Shown here: positions 45,715-54,954 of the stretch, in pieces
Layout of the letters: each line of letters begins with the position of its first letter
How positions within the stretch are numbered: position 1 is the first letter of the stretch
Source: Minisyncoccia bacterium
GTDB taxonomy: Bacteria; Patescibacteriota; Minisyncoccia; Phycocordibacterales; SBAW01
DNA length: 64,000 nt
Assembly (NCBI GenBank): GCA_049997855.1
Contig: JBEKSG010000001.1
Coordinates: 58,059 to 122,058, forward strand
Reading direction: 5' to 3'
Made by a program: the position numbers and the translations under genes
Notes under the pieces: model-generated
The model's input: the letters and a program-made list of their open reading frames with translations, nothing else
The model's database searches: none
Told to the model about the DNA's origin: nothing

Positions 45715-46836
45715 ATGGTTGATACCGTCATACTCACGCTGCCGCTCGAAAAAGCGCTCTTCCTCGACTTGAAGGCAAGCGGCGTTGAGCCATGGGACCT
45801 TCAAGCGCGAACCAAGGCCTACGAGAAGTTCGTCCGCAATCCTTCGCGCCGCGATGCCGAGAGCGGGCTGTACTTCCCGCGTCTTACCGGCTACAAGCGC
45901 AAGAACGGCAAGCTCACATGGCAAAAGAGCATGAAGATAGAGTTTTCCGCTCCGAAACTCATCTACAAAAACAATCTCGAAGAGCTGGCCGATAGCGACT
46001 TCGAAAATGTCGTGGACGCGCTCATGGACCGGATGCAGCAGATGGGCGTCGTCATCAAACGGCATGACTTGTGCAATGCCGAGGTGCGCTCGGTTCACTA
46101 CTCCAAAAACATCGAGCTAAAAGACGGTTACACGGCGCAGTACGTTATCGGCGAACTCGGCAAGATAAACCTCAACAAACGCTTCGACCTCACGCGTGCG
46201 CGTTTTATGAACGATGGGCAGAGCTTGTACCTCTACACCATCGCGCACTCGTTCGTTTTGTATGACAAGGTCGCCGACCTCGGCAAAGACGCGAAGCGAG
46301 CAATCGACAGAGAGCAGACACCGCAGCAGTTGAACTTGTTCAAACAGCTCGACAAGAAAAAAGAGATACTGCGCCTCGAGGTACGCTTGAGCCAGAAGCA
46401 GAAGATGAACTCACTCTTCAAGAAACTCGGGTTCGCAGAAAATCCTACCTTCCGCGACGTGTTCTCAAAAGCAAAGAGCAAGAAGGTCCTCGGGCACTAC
46501 TGGGAAACGATGATAGCCGGACACAGCGTCTCGCTCTTCGCACCATCGCTCACGCCGAAAGACCTGCTCAAACAGGTGCTCATCGCACGCAAGGGAGCGA
46601 AAGGCAAGACGGCAATCTACCTTGCGGGGTTGCTGCTGTTCGCTCGGGACGGCAACGGCCAACGCGAGCTGCGTTCGATACTCTGCAAAAAGAACGACGA
46701 CCGGACGTGGTACCGCATTGCGGCAGACGTGAAGAGCATCGCGACCGACTTGAGAAAAGTGCATCCGCGCGACTGGTACGACCAAGTTCAAAAGGCACTC
46801 ACGAGTTATCAGCGGTATCGCATGGACAGCAGTTAG
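45715..46836 (+). CDS. Hypothetical protein, possibly Rep_trans-like rolling-circle replication initiator
   Basis: Weak resemblance to RepC-type motifs (VLYDKVADLGKDAKR vs RIYNKKQERK; LRLEVRLSQKQ vs WRVEIELKRD). Not verified. Confidence 0.3.
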   Translation: MVDTVILTLPLEKALFLDLKASGVEPWDLQARTKAYEKFVRNPSRRDAESGLYFPRLTGYKRKNGKLTWQKSMKIEFSAPKLIYKNNLEELADSDFENVVDALMDRMQQMGVVIKRHDLCNAEVRSVHYSKNIELKDGYTAQYVIGELGKINLNKRFDLTRARFMNDGQSLYLYTIAHSFVLYDKVADLGKDAKRAIDREQTPQQLNLFKQLDKKKEILRLEVRLSQKQKMNSLFKKLGFAENPTFRDVFSKAKSKKVLGHYWETMIAGHSVSLFAPSLTPKDLLKQVLIARKGAKGKTAIYLAGLLLFARDGNGQRELRSILCKKNDDRTWYRIAADVKSIATDLRKVHPRDWYDQVQKALTSYQRYRMDSS

Positions 46837-47027
46837 AGGTCGTGCGTGTTCGAAACTATCAAATAAAAAATAACAACATGAAAACAGCAGTACAGAAGTT
46901 CGTTGAAGAGATGACAAAGGCCTTTGATGCCTACTACCGACAACGCCTTTCCGAGAGCGTAAAGCGCGGCCTCCGAGCCAAGAAGTTATCAACTCGGGCA
47001 AAGTTGCCCTGTAAACCAATGTAAAGT

Positions 47028-47216
47028 ATGATTATAGGCATGCAGCAGAGGGAGTTCTACAACCCGCAGGAACTGGCCGACAAGCTAGTCGTAAACGTCA
47101 TGACTATTTATCGCTACATCAAAGCGAAGAAACTCAAGGCGCACAAAATCGGAAAAGAGTTTCGCATCGAAAAGTCCGAGTTTGATGCGTTTCTGAAACG
47201 CACCAGTACGAAATAA
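47028..47216 (+). CDS. Excisionase/Xis-family helix-turn-helix DNA-binding protein
   Basis: PQELADKLVVNVMTIYRYIKAKKLKAHKIGKEFRI HTH pattern. Confidence 0.55.
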   Translation: MIIGMQQREFYNPQELADKLVVNVMTIYRYIKAKKLKAHKIGKEFRIEKSEFDAFLKRTSTK

Positions 47217-47220
47217 AACC

Positions 47221-49026
47221 ATGAACGAAAAGGAACTCATACAGCAAAGAGACAATCAGATACTCCGGCTCCAAAAGGAAGTCGAGAAACTGAAGAAGTC
47301 CATAAAAACACAACGGTATGGCATCGTCTGGGCCGATGTACCCGAGGCCTTCGAGGACGATGTAGAGAACAAGCTACCCGTACTCGAAGAGGTGCCAAAA
47401 CTCGCAATAAAGAGCAAGGACGACAAGCCGACGCACATACTCATCGAAGGCGACAACTACCACGCGCTCACGTGCCTCAACTACACGCACAAGGGCAAAG
47501 TGGACGTGATTTACATAGACCCGCCCTACAACACGGGCTCGGACGGCTTCCGCTACAGGGACAAGCGCATCCTCGATAAGTATCCTGACGGTACAGACGT
47601 GCCACAGGACCATCCGTTCAGACATAGCTACTGGTTGTCGTTTATGAAAAAACGCCTCGAACTCGCAAAGGACTTGCTCAAAGATGACGGCGTTATTTTC
47701 ATCAGCATTGACATAAATGAGATGGCCCAACTCAAGCTACTCGCCGATGAGGTCTTTGAAAACAACCTGATTAGCTTGATTACAGTAAAGGTAAAGGACC
47801 CTGCTGGTGTTGGCCAACAGAGCTTTATCTTCGATGTAGCCGAGTACGTCTTGATGTATGCAAAAAACACAGCGACGTTCAAAGCCAAGCACCAAGACCT
47901 TCCACTGGATTACGAAGAGTTGAATGAACAGTACGGGAGCTATAACAAAGTAGTGCTTGATTTTGGGAAGCCGAAGCTCGTAAAAGAGATTACGCGGCAA
48001 AATGTTGGTGCGATAAAAATCTATCAATGTCAGGACGCAGAAATTGGAAGGACGACGAACTTCACTTTCAAGGAGTACATCAAGAAGCGCGACACCATTT
48101 TTGCTGACTACAATCCAAGCGGCGGGATGATACTCGCCATCAGAGACCAGATACCGAAGAAGGGTCTGGCTTACATAGAATACGTCCCCACGAAAGGTAG
48201 AAATGCAGGGCAGATGACAAAGGGCTACTTTTTGAACGGCAGAATACTCGCGTGGCTCTCTACTGTCGCCAAGTACGAGAACGGTGTTTTGCGTAAACAG
48301 ACAAAAATGAGTAACGTCTGGAATGTTGCCAACGCCTCTCTTCATTTGGAAGGCAATGTTGATTTTACAAACGGAAAGAAACCCTTGGAGCTAGTAGAAA
48401 AGCTCATAGGAATGTTCAACATCCCGAACGGTCTGGTGCTCGACTTCTTCGCTGGGTCAGGCACGACAGGAGAAGCTGTTATGTCCCTGAACGCGACAGA
48501 TGCCGGAAAGCGACAGTTCATTTTGATTACGAATAACGACGAAATTACGAATGGAAAGACACAAAAGATAATGTCGGACGTTTGCTATCCGCGCATAAAA
48601 AACAGTATCAAGGGTTACAGAAGTAGGAAGGGGCTGGGCAACTCAATCAAGTTCTACAAGACCAGTTTTGTCGGTAAACACAACATTCTCGATGCGGATG
48701 ACAAAGACAGGGTACAACTCGCACATCATGCAGGAGAGATGTTGAGCATCGCAGAAAATACGCTCGACGCGGTCGAGAAAACCGACCACTGGCAGGTCTT
48801 CGAGAGCCGCGAGCGCTTCACAGCCGTTTATTTCCGCGAGGAGTACGACAAACTGGATGCCTTCATCGCGATGGTCAAGAAGCTCAAGAAACCTGTAACG
48901 GTCTACGTCTTCAGCTGGGAAGACGACCCGTACATCGCGGACTTCGAGGACCACGGCAACATCACAGTCAAGACGATACCGGAGCCGATAGTTGAGATTT
49001 ACAAGCAAATCTACAACCTTGTATGA
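47221..49026 (+). CDS. mod: Type III restriction-modification N6-adenine DNA methyltransferase (Mod)
   Basis: Motif IV IDPPYNT, motif I LVLDFFAGSGTTGEA; followed by res with ATGA overlap. Confidence 0.8.
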   Translation: MNEKELIQQRDNQILRLQKEVEKLKKSIKTQRYGIVWADVPEAFEDDVENKLPVLEEVPKLAIKSKDDKPTHILIEGDNYHALTCLNYTHKGKVDVIYIDPPYNTGSDGFRYRDKRILDKYPDGTDVPQDHPFRHSYWLSFMKKRLELAKDLLKDDGVIFISIDINEMAQLKLLADEVFENNLISLITVKVKDPAGVGQQSFIFDVAEYVLMYAKNTATFKAKHQDLPLDYEELNEQYGSYNKVVLDFGKPKLVKEITRQNVGAIKIYQCQDAEIGRTTNFTFKEYIKKRDTIFADYNPSGGMILAIRDQIPKKGLAYIEYVPTKGRNAGQMTKGYFLNGRILAWLSTVAKYENGVLRKQTKMSNVWNVANASLHLEGNVDFTNGKKPLELVEKLIGMFNIPNGLVLDFFAGSGTTGEAVMSLNATDAGKRQFILITNNDEITNGKTQKIMSDVCYPRIKNSIKGYRSRKGLGNSIKFYKTSFVGKHNILDADDKDRVQLAHHAGEMLSIAENTLDAVEKTDHWQVFESRERFTAVYFREEYDKLDAFIAMVKKLKKPVTVYVFSWEDDPYIADFEDHGNITVKTIPEPIVEIYKQIYNLV

Positions 49027-51398
49027 ACCTCAACCCGCTCAAGTTCCAGAGAGATGGCGTAGATACACTCACAACGCGCTTCCTTGCACTATGGAAGAAG
49101 AAAGGCCGCCAGTTGCCACTAGTGCTCAAAGCCCCGACGGGTAGCGGCAAGACCTACGTTGCCGCGCTCTTCGTGCGTGGTTTGAACCACCTGCCACAGT
49201 GGGATGAGGATAAGGCGTTCATCTGGATTACTTTTAGCGACGACCTTGCAATGCAGAGCAGGGACAAGTTCCGCGCGTACTTCGAGAACACTCTCGAGAA
49301 TGGATTGCTCACGGTCCAAGACATCAACCGCGGCAAACTCAATCCGAATGACATCCTTTTCTTGAACTGGCAGAAGGTTGTGTCAGTCGCCGCAGAAAAC
49401 CGCACCTTGCGCCGTCCTGATGACGAAGAGATGCGCAAAGAAAGCGGCAAGTATTTTGAGGACGTGATTGACGCGACGAAGCGAGACGCCCGCGAGATTA
49501 TCCTCATCATAGACGAAGCACACACGCACGTTTCGACCGTACTTGCGCAGAAGATAATTGACTACATAGACCCGAAGGTCGTGCTCCACGTTTCTGCAAC
49601 GCCCGACCCGAGCATCATTGCTCAAGCGGCCGAGAACGACAGCTTCATAAAGCTCGACCGCGATGCAGTCGTGGCACAAGGGCTCATCAAAGAGAGTATC
49701 GTATCGCAGACGACCGATGACCTGAAAGGAATGGGCCGCAAAGACCTCGACGAAGTGCTACTTGAGCTTGGAATGGAAAAACGCGAAGAGATTGTGAGGG
49801 AGTATAAGAAGTTAGGCAAGGACGTGAACCCTCTGATGCTCATACAGCTTCCGAATGACGACAAGGACCTCATTGACGCTGGCGAACGCACAAAAGAAGA
49901 AGTTGTGATGTCGTATCTGCTCAAGCGTGGTATGAAGGAGCACAAGATAGGCCGTTGGTTCGACGGCAAGAAGGAAAATATGACGGGCATTACGGAAAAC
50001 GACAGCGATGTTGATTTTATGCTCTTCAAGCAAGCAGCGGGCACGGGCTGGGACTGTCCACGCGCCTCGGTCTTGGTCATGTTCCGCGAAGTTCGCTCCG
50101 ATAAGTTCTACACGCAGACAGTCGGTCGCATCCTGCGCATGCCGGAGCCGCAGTTGAAGGATAACTACAAGGACAGCCCGCTTCTGCGTCGCGGTTATCT
50201 CTACACGAACTACAAGCGCGAGCAGGTAAAGGTGCCCGACGAAGATGAGAAGAACAAAGCACAAACGCAAGCTGCGTTCATCAAAGATGGTATCAAGAAC
50301 ATTACGCTTCAGTCTGACTACATCTCGCGCGTGGATTATGGCGACATACCGAGGTCGTGGACGTTTCAAGAGAACTTCCGCAACTCGATGAATGTCTACT
50401 TCAAAATCGGCAAAGATGACATTCTCGGGAAGGCAGAGAAGAAGCTCAAAGACGCGCGTCTCGACCTAGATGATACTCTCTTGAACTCTGTCGTCGCGAA
50501 CGCGCAGTTCGAGGACTTCGACCAGCTGTCGCTTGAGTTCGCGAAGCAAGGCACAGACGTGTCGCTCGAGATGTCGGTAAGTGATGTCGAAAAAACCTTC
50601 AACTACCTTTGCTATCAGCTGCTCAAAGAGCAACAGGATGAGCAAGCAAAATACTCCAACGTTGCACGTTCGTGGAGCGTCCTCAAGTCGGCTATTCGTA
50701 TCTGGTTCAAGGGCGTGCTTGGCGACGACAGCACCTACTACTACCGCGTGTTCGTGAAGGACATACAGAAAGGCCCCGAGAGCGTTCTACGCCCTGCGAT
50801 TACGAAAGCCCTTCGCGACTTCAAGCCGATAGCGCGTAAGCTCGTCGAGGAAAAGAAGAAGGAAGCCGAGACGAAGGAGGCCCCGACCTTCTCAATCCAA
50901 AGGGAGTACACCTACACCGACGACTACGAGGCAGTGCCACAAAAACTCTGCGCCCTCGACAAGTTCTTTGTGCTTCGCACCTACAGCGGCAAGGCAAACG
51001 AGACGAAGTTCGCATCCTATCTCGATAAGAAGGGCGGCAAAATCGCGTGGTGGTTCAAGAACGGCAATCAGGGCAAAGACTACTTTGCAGTACGCTACAT
51101 AAACTCATCAACGAAAGGAGAAGAGCTTTTCTACCCCGATTGGATAATCCTCTTCAAGGACGGGACTATCGGCATTTTCGATACAAAGAAAGGTCGCACG
51201 CTCACTGACCTCGAGACGGCAGATAAGGCCGCCGCGCTCCAGAAGAAGCTCAAGGAGTTCGGCAAGAAGTACGTCGGGGGCATCGTCCAAGAAGAAGCGG
51301 GTGTCTGGTATTACAATGATAGACCAAACTACAGCTTCAAGGATGGGCAGTCGGTCAACGATAGTAAGGACTGGAAGCCGTTTGAAAGTCTATTTTAG
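49023..51398 (+). CDS. res: Type III restriction endonuclease subunit (Res; SF2 helicase plus C-terminal PD-(D/E)xK nuclease)
   Basis: Walker A KAPTGSGKT, DEAH box IIDEAHTHV, motif VI QTVGRILR, C-terminal YPDWIIL...IGIFDTKKG nuclease motif. Confidence 0.8.
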   Translation: MNLNPLKFQRDGVDTLTTRFLALWKKKGRQLPLVLKAPTGSGKTYVAALFVRGLNHLPQWDEDKAFIWITFSDDLAMQSRDKFRAYFENTLENGLLTVQDINRGKLNPNDILFLNWQKVVSVAAENRTLRRPDDEEMRKESGKYFEDVIDATKRDAREIILIIDEAHTHVSTVLAQKIIDYIDPKVVLHVSATPDPSIIAQAAENDSFIKLDRDAVVAQGLIKESIVSQTTDDLKGMGRKDLDEVLLELGMEKREEIVREYKKLGKDVNPLMLIQLPNDDKDLIDAGERTKEEVVMSYLLKRGMKEHKIGRWFDGKKENMTGITENDSDVDFMLFKQAAGTGWDCPRASVLVMFREVRSDKFYTQTVGRILRMPEPQLKDNYKDSPLLRRGYLYTNYKREQVKVPDEDEKNKAQTQAAFIKDGIKNITLQSDYISRVDYGDIPRSWTFQENFRNSMNVYFKIGKDDILGKAEKKLKDARLDLDDTLLNSVVANAQFEDFDQLSLEFAKQGTDVSLEMSVSDVEKTFNYLCYQLLKEQQDEQAKYSNVARSWSVLKSAIRIWFKGVLGDDSTYYYRVFVKDIQKGPESVLRPAITKALRDFKPIARKLVEEKKKEAETKEAPTFSIQREYTYTDDYEAVPQKLCALDKFFVLRTYSGKANETKFASYLDKKGGKIAWWFKNGNQGKDYFAVRYINSSTKGEELFYPDWIILFKDGTIGIFDTKKGRTLTDLETADKAAALQKKLKEFGKKYVGGIVQEEAGVWYYNDRPNYSFKDGQSVNDSKDWKPFESLF

Positions 51399-51400
51399 CT

Positions 51401-52927
51401 ATGAAAGCAGTTGAGGTATCACGAGTATCGACCGAAGAACAAAAGGATGCGGGCAACTCGCTTCCGGCTCAAAGCGAACGCATAAAAAACTACTGCAAGC
51501 GCAAGGACTTCGACATAGCTGCGTCGTTCAGCTTCGATGAGAGCGCCTACAAGACCAAACGCGATGAGTTCGACAAACTGCTCACATTCGTTGAAGAAGC
51601 CATCAAAAAAGAGAAGCTGGCCGTTTGTTTCGATAAAGTGGACCGGCTTTCGCGTAGCGTTTTTGACAAGCGTGTTGCTCGACTGTACGAACTTGCCATT
51701 GCCGACAAGATAGAGCTGCACTTCGTCTCGGACGGGCAGGTCATAAACGCTCAGATGTCGGCTGTCGAGAAGTTCCAGTTCGGCATGAGCTTGGGCCTTG
51801 CAAAGTACTACTCGGACGCTATCAGCGACAACGTAAAGCGAGCGTTCGAGCAGAAGCGCCGGAAGGGCGAATGGACCGGCCCTGCGCCCTTGGGCTATCT
51901 CAACGTGGCTCTCGACGCAGAAAAGCGGCTTCGTAAGGACATCATTGTCGACCCCGAACGAGCACACCTCATCGAGCGCCTTTTCCTGCTGTACGCGACC
52001 GGCAACTACTCAATCACGACAGTGCATGAAGAGATAACACGCCTCGGGCTTCGTGGCCGCGAAGGAAACGTGTTGGCCCGCAGCAACATCGAGTTCACTC
52101 TCAAGAACCCTTTCTATTACGGTTTCGCACGACCACGCAAAGGTGCTCCGTATCCACACAAGTACAAGACGATAATCTCGCGTGAGCTTTTCGACCGCGT
52201 ACAGTCGGTTTTTTACAGCCGCCACAAAGCAACTTCGAAGCCGCTGTCCGACCTCTTTATCTTCAAAGGGCTTTTGCACTGCGACCACTGCGGCTGCGTC
52301 ATGTCGCCAGAGATAAAGAAGGGCCGTTTTATCTACTACTCCTGCACGAACGCCAAAAGGACCTGCAAACGCGTGTATGTGCGCGAGGAAGAGCTTCTGA
52401 AGCCCGTACAGGACGTTTTCAAGGCCTTTGAGAAGATACCGGCCGACGTTGAGAAGCGGCTTTTGAAGGAACTGCGCGACCTCAACGAAAGCGAGGTTGA
52501 GTACAACAAGAAAGAGCTGGTCCGTATCCGAGCCGAGTACGACCGCGTACAGAACCTCATCGACGGCTACATGGACATGCTCGCCGACAAGAGTATTACC
52601 AAGGATGACTATGACAAAAAACTGGAAAAGCTAAAAGACCGGCAGTACCGGTTGAACATCGAAGCGGAAGAACATACGAAAGCCGACCACGACTACAAAC
52701 TGACCATCTCCCACGTGTTTTCTATGTCGCGCCGCATGGGCGCCATCTTCGAGAGTTCGGAAGTGCCCGAGAAAAGGGCTATTTTGAACTTCTTACTTCA
52801 GAACCCGAAGGTATCAGACAAAAAGCTAGTGTTTACAATGGCAAAACCGTTTGATGCCGTACTCGAACTAGCTAACTGTCCAACTGGGCTCCGCGACCAG
52901 GACTCGAACCTGGAACCAACTCCTTAA
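51401..52927 (+). CDS. Large serine recombinase (integrase)
   Basis: N-terminal resolvase domain with catalytic RVSTEEQ, recombinase domain, zinc ribbon HCDHCGC...YYSCTN, coiled-coil; the 3' end overlaps tRNA-Asn. Confidence 0.8.
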   Translation: MKAVEVSRVSTEEQKDAGNSLPAQSERIKNYCKRKDFDIAASFSFDESAYKTKRDEFDKLLTFVEEAIKKEKLAVCFDKVDRLSRSVFDKRVARLYELAIADKIELHFVSDGQVINAQMSAVEKFQFGMSLGLAKYYSDAISDNVKRAFEQKRRKGEWTGPAPLGYLNVALDAEKRLRKDIIVDPERAHLIERLFLLYATGNYSITTVHEEITRLGLRGREGNVLARSNIEFTLKNPFYYGFARPRKGAPYPHKYKTIISRELFDRVQSVFYSRHKATSKPLSDLFIFKGLLHCDHCGCVMSPEIKKGRFIYYSCTNAKRTCKRVYVREEELLKPVQDVFKAFEKIPADVEKRLLKELRDLNESEVEYNKKELVRIRAEYDRVQNLIDGYMDMLADKSITKDDYDKKLEKLKDRQYRLNIEAEEHTKADHDYKLTISHVFSMSRRMGAIFESSEVPEKRAILNFLLQNPKVSDKKLVFTMAKPFDAVLELANCPTGLRDQDSNLEPTP

Positions 52928-52960
52928 CAGGGAGCTGCTCTACCATTGAGCTATCGCGGA
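52889..52960 (-). tRNA. tRNA-Asn (anticodon GUU)
   Basis: Manual fold: acceptor TCCGCGA/TCGCGGA, D-arm GCTC-AATGGTA-GAGC, anticodon arm GCTCC-CTGTTAA-GGAGT (GTT), T-arm CCAGG-TTCGAGT-CCTGG, discriminator G; CCA not encoded. Confidence 0.75.
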
Positions 52961-53049
52961 ATGTAAACAAACCTTAATACTATACATCTTTTTTCTTAAA
53001 AATCTAACCCTTTATTATATTATCTAGTCCCCTGGGGTATAATAAAAAT

Positions 53050-53415
53050 ATGAATTACAACATTAAAGGCACTGAGGTTGTTATTACTCCGGAGATCCGC
53101 GAGTATTTGGTAAAAAGGCTGGAGCGTTTCGACAAGTTTATGTCTGCCAAAGAAGCGGCGCGCGCCGATGTGGAGCTAGGTTATAAAGCTGGGGAAGAAA
53201 AAAGATATCGCGCTGAGATTATGTTGTTTGAACAGAGCTTACCCGTGCCACTGCGCGCCGTGGCGGAGGGTGGTGCTTTATACGAGGCAATAGACAAAGC
53301 GGCGGGAGATATTTTTATCGAGCTCACGCGCGAAAAAAAGAAGAAACAACACGTCTTTCGCCGCGGAGCGGCAAGGATTAAGGAATATATCCGCGGATTT
53401 CGCAGCCGGCCTTAG
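53050..53415 (+). CDS. hpf: Ribosome hibernation promoting factor / ribosome-associated inhibitor A (short form)
   Basis: MNYNIKGTEVVITPEIREYLVKRLERF matches the HPF/YfiA N-terminus. Confidence 0.7.
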   Translation: MNYNIKGTEVVITPEIREYLVKRLERFDKFMSAKEAARADVELGYKAGEEKRYRAEIMLFEQSLPVPLRAVAEGGALYEAIDKAAGDIFIELTREKKKKQHVFRRGAARIKEYIRGFRSRP

Positions 53416-54305
53416 TTTTTTGCGCCGCGCACAAAGTCGGCATACGACATTTCTTTTTTACCCTCGGGGATAACGCAGGTGATAGTAAGCACACCATCAG
53501 CAAATTCGGCATCGGTGATGATGACGCGTTTCCCATCTGCGGTGACAACATGTGCGCGGGGATTTTTGTCGAACGCGCGTATTTGTAAAAAAGCTTGTCG
53601 AGGATTTTCAAATTCGATGAGGGCTTGCCCGTCCGAAGCCTTTAGGCGAAGGAGGGAGTCGGCGTCGGTAAATTTTCGGGTAAACGTCGCTTTGCTCTCA
53701 TCTTGTGGCTCGGGCGTTATTTTACCGGCTATCCACAACGGGAGCGTCTCGGCAAGCAGGTTGCCTCCCTCGGTGGCAAGCAGATCCTCAAACTGCGAGC
53801 CCGGCATCGGCCACGCCTCTTCCTCAAGCTCCACGCGCGCTTGGGCGACAATCGGCCCCGTGTCCATCTGCTCGCTCATCTGCATGATTGATACACCGGT
53901 CGTGTGCTCATCGGCCAGTATCGCCGAGAGAACAGGCGAGGGACCGCGGAACTTTGGTAAGAGCGACGGATGCACGTTTAATGCGCCGTGCCGCGGCATC
54001 TCAAGAAATTTTTTTGGTATGAGCTTGGCGTAGGCTGCAACCACAAACACATCCCACTCGGTATTTTGCAACTTAGCAAACAGCGCCTCGTCTTTAAGCG
54101 TGGCCGGCGTAAGCACATCAATGCCGCGCTCGAGCGCCCACTTTTTAGCGGGAGCCATTTTGAGTTCCATCCCGCGGTCGGCAGGCTTGTCAGGTGCCGT
54201 TATCACCAGTGCCGGCAGGAACCCGTGGCTCTCAAGTGCGTTTAAAACGGTGACCGCAAAATGCGGTGTGCCAAAAAAAGCAAAAAGCGGTTTTTTAGTG
54301 CTCAT
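53412..54305 (-). CDS. fmt: Methionyl-tRNA formyltransferase
   Basis: Formyl-transferase N-domain (FFGTPHFAV...), GALNVHPSLLPKFRGPSP motif. Confidence 0.8.
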   Translation of the reverse strand: MSTKKPLFAFFGTPHFAVTVLNALESHGFLPALVITAPDKPADRGMELKMAPAKKWALERGIDVLTPATLKDEALFAKLQNTEWDVFVVAAYAKLIPKKFLEMPRHGALNVHPSLLPKFRGPSPVLSAILADEHTTGVSIMQMSEQMDTGPIVAQARVELEEEAWPMPGSQFEDLLATEGGNLLAETLPLWIAGKITPEPQDESKATFTRKFTDADSLLRLKASDGQALIEFENPRQAFLQIRAFDKNPRAHVVTADGKRVIITDAEFADGVLTITCVIPEGKKEMSYADFVRGAKN

Positions 54306-54891
54306 GTATTTCCTTGTCTGTTACTTTATCGTCTGTAAGCTTGATAGCTTTGTCGGTGTAAAGAATGCCTTCCAAGTGGTCGCATTCGTGTTGAAAGATG
54401 TGCGCTAGAAGCCCGCTTGCATGGTAGATAAAAGGCTTGCCGGTTTCGTTGAGCGCTTTAACGGTAGCTTTTTCGTGGCGCATCACAGTACCGTATTTGC
54501 CGCGCACCGAGAGACAGCCCTCCGACTTTTCTTTTTGTTTGCGAGAGAGCCGTGTGAGCTCCGGATTTATAAACACCAGATCAGGAGGAGAGAAGTGACC
54601 TGGGCGTGAACGCCGATACAGAGCGGAACTCTGTGGAGGGTGAGCGGAAAGGTCACTCCTCTCCTCCGACAGCTCTTTCTCCTCAAAAACACGTCCACTT
54701 ATGACAAACATGCGCAACGACTCGCCGATTTGTGGAGCGGCAATGGCGACGCCAAAATCCTCTTTAGATAAGGCTTTCTTCATGCGGGCGATGATTTTTT
54801 TTATAGCGGGCGATGTAACATCTTTTTTGGCGACCGGTTTTGCCTTTTGCCGCAAAATCAGAGCTCCCGCCTGCACGATTGGGTCTTTCAT
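54295..54891 (-). CDS. def: Peptide deformylase (with an internal insertion of about 40 aa)
   Basis: GVAIAAPQIG, EGCLS, HECDHLEG motifs. Confidence 0.8.
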   Translation of the reverse strand: MKDPIVQAGALILRQKAKPVAKKDVTSPAIKKIIARMKKALSKEDFGVAIAAPQIGESLRMFVISGRVFEEKELSEERSDLSAHPPQSSALYRRSRPGHFSPPDLVFINPELTRLSRKQKEKSEGCLSVRGKYGTVMRHEKATVKALNETGKPFIYHASGLLAHIFQHECDHLEGILYTDKAIKLTDDKVTDKEIHEH

Positions 54892-54954
54892 ACGAGATTT
54901 TTATTATGCCATGTTTAGAAAAAAAAGAAAGGGAGGCTCAAAAAAACGCCGCAA

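Larger units (their letters stand above)
39150..52960. mobile_element. Integrative element adjacent to tRNA-Asn: large serine recombinase, type III R-M, Xis-like HTH, Rep_trans-like protein, Zn-ribbon protein and a set of uncharacterised membrane proteins (left boundary uncertain, somewhere between 39.1 and 42.1 kb)
   Basis: Recombinase gene 3' end overlaps the tRNA 3' end; cargo is R-M plus hypotheticals with no housekeeping genes; the host housekeeping block (HPF-Fmt-Def) resumes immediately after the tRNA. Confidence 0.5.

Noticed and set aside
52860-52960. Possibility that the recombinase C-terminus is mis-called because it overlaps the tRNA
   Set aside because: Overlap of an integrase 3' end with its tRNA attachment site is common for integrative elements. 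Both calls are kept, though the exact stop of the recombinase could be earlier.
53479-54033. 184-aa plus-strand ORF
   Set aside because: It is antisense to fmt.
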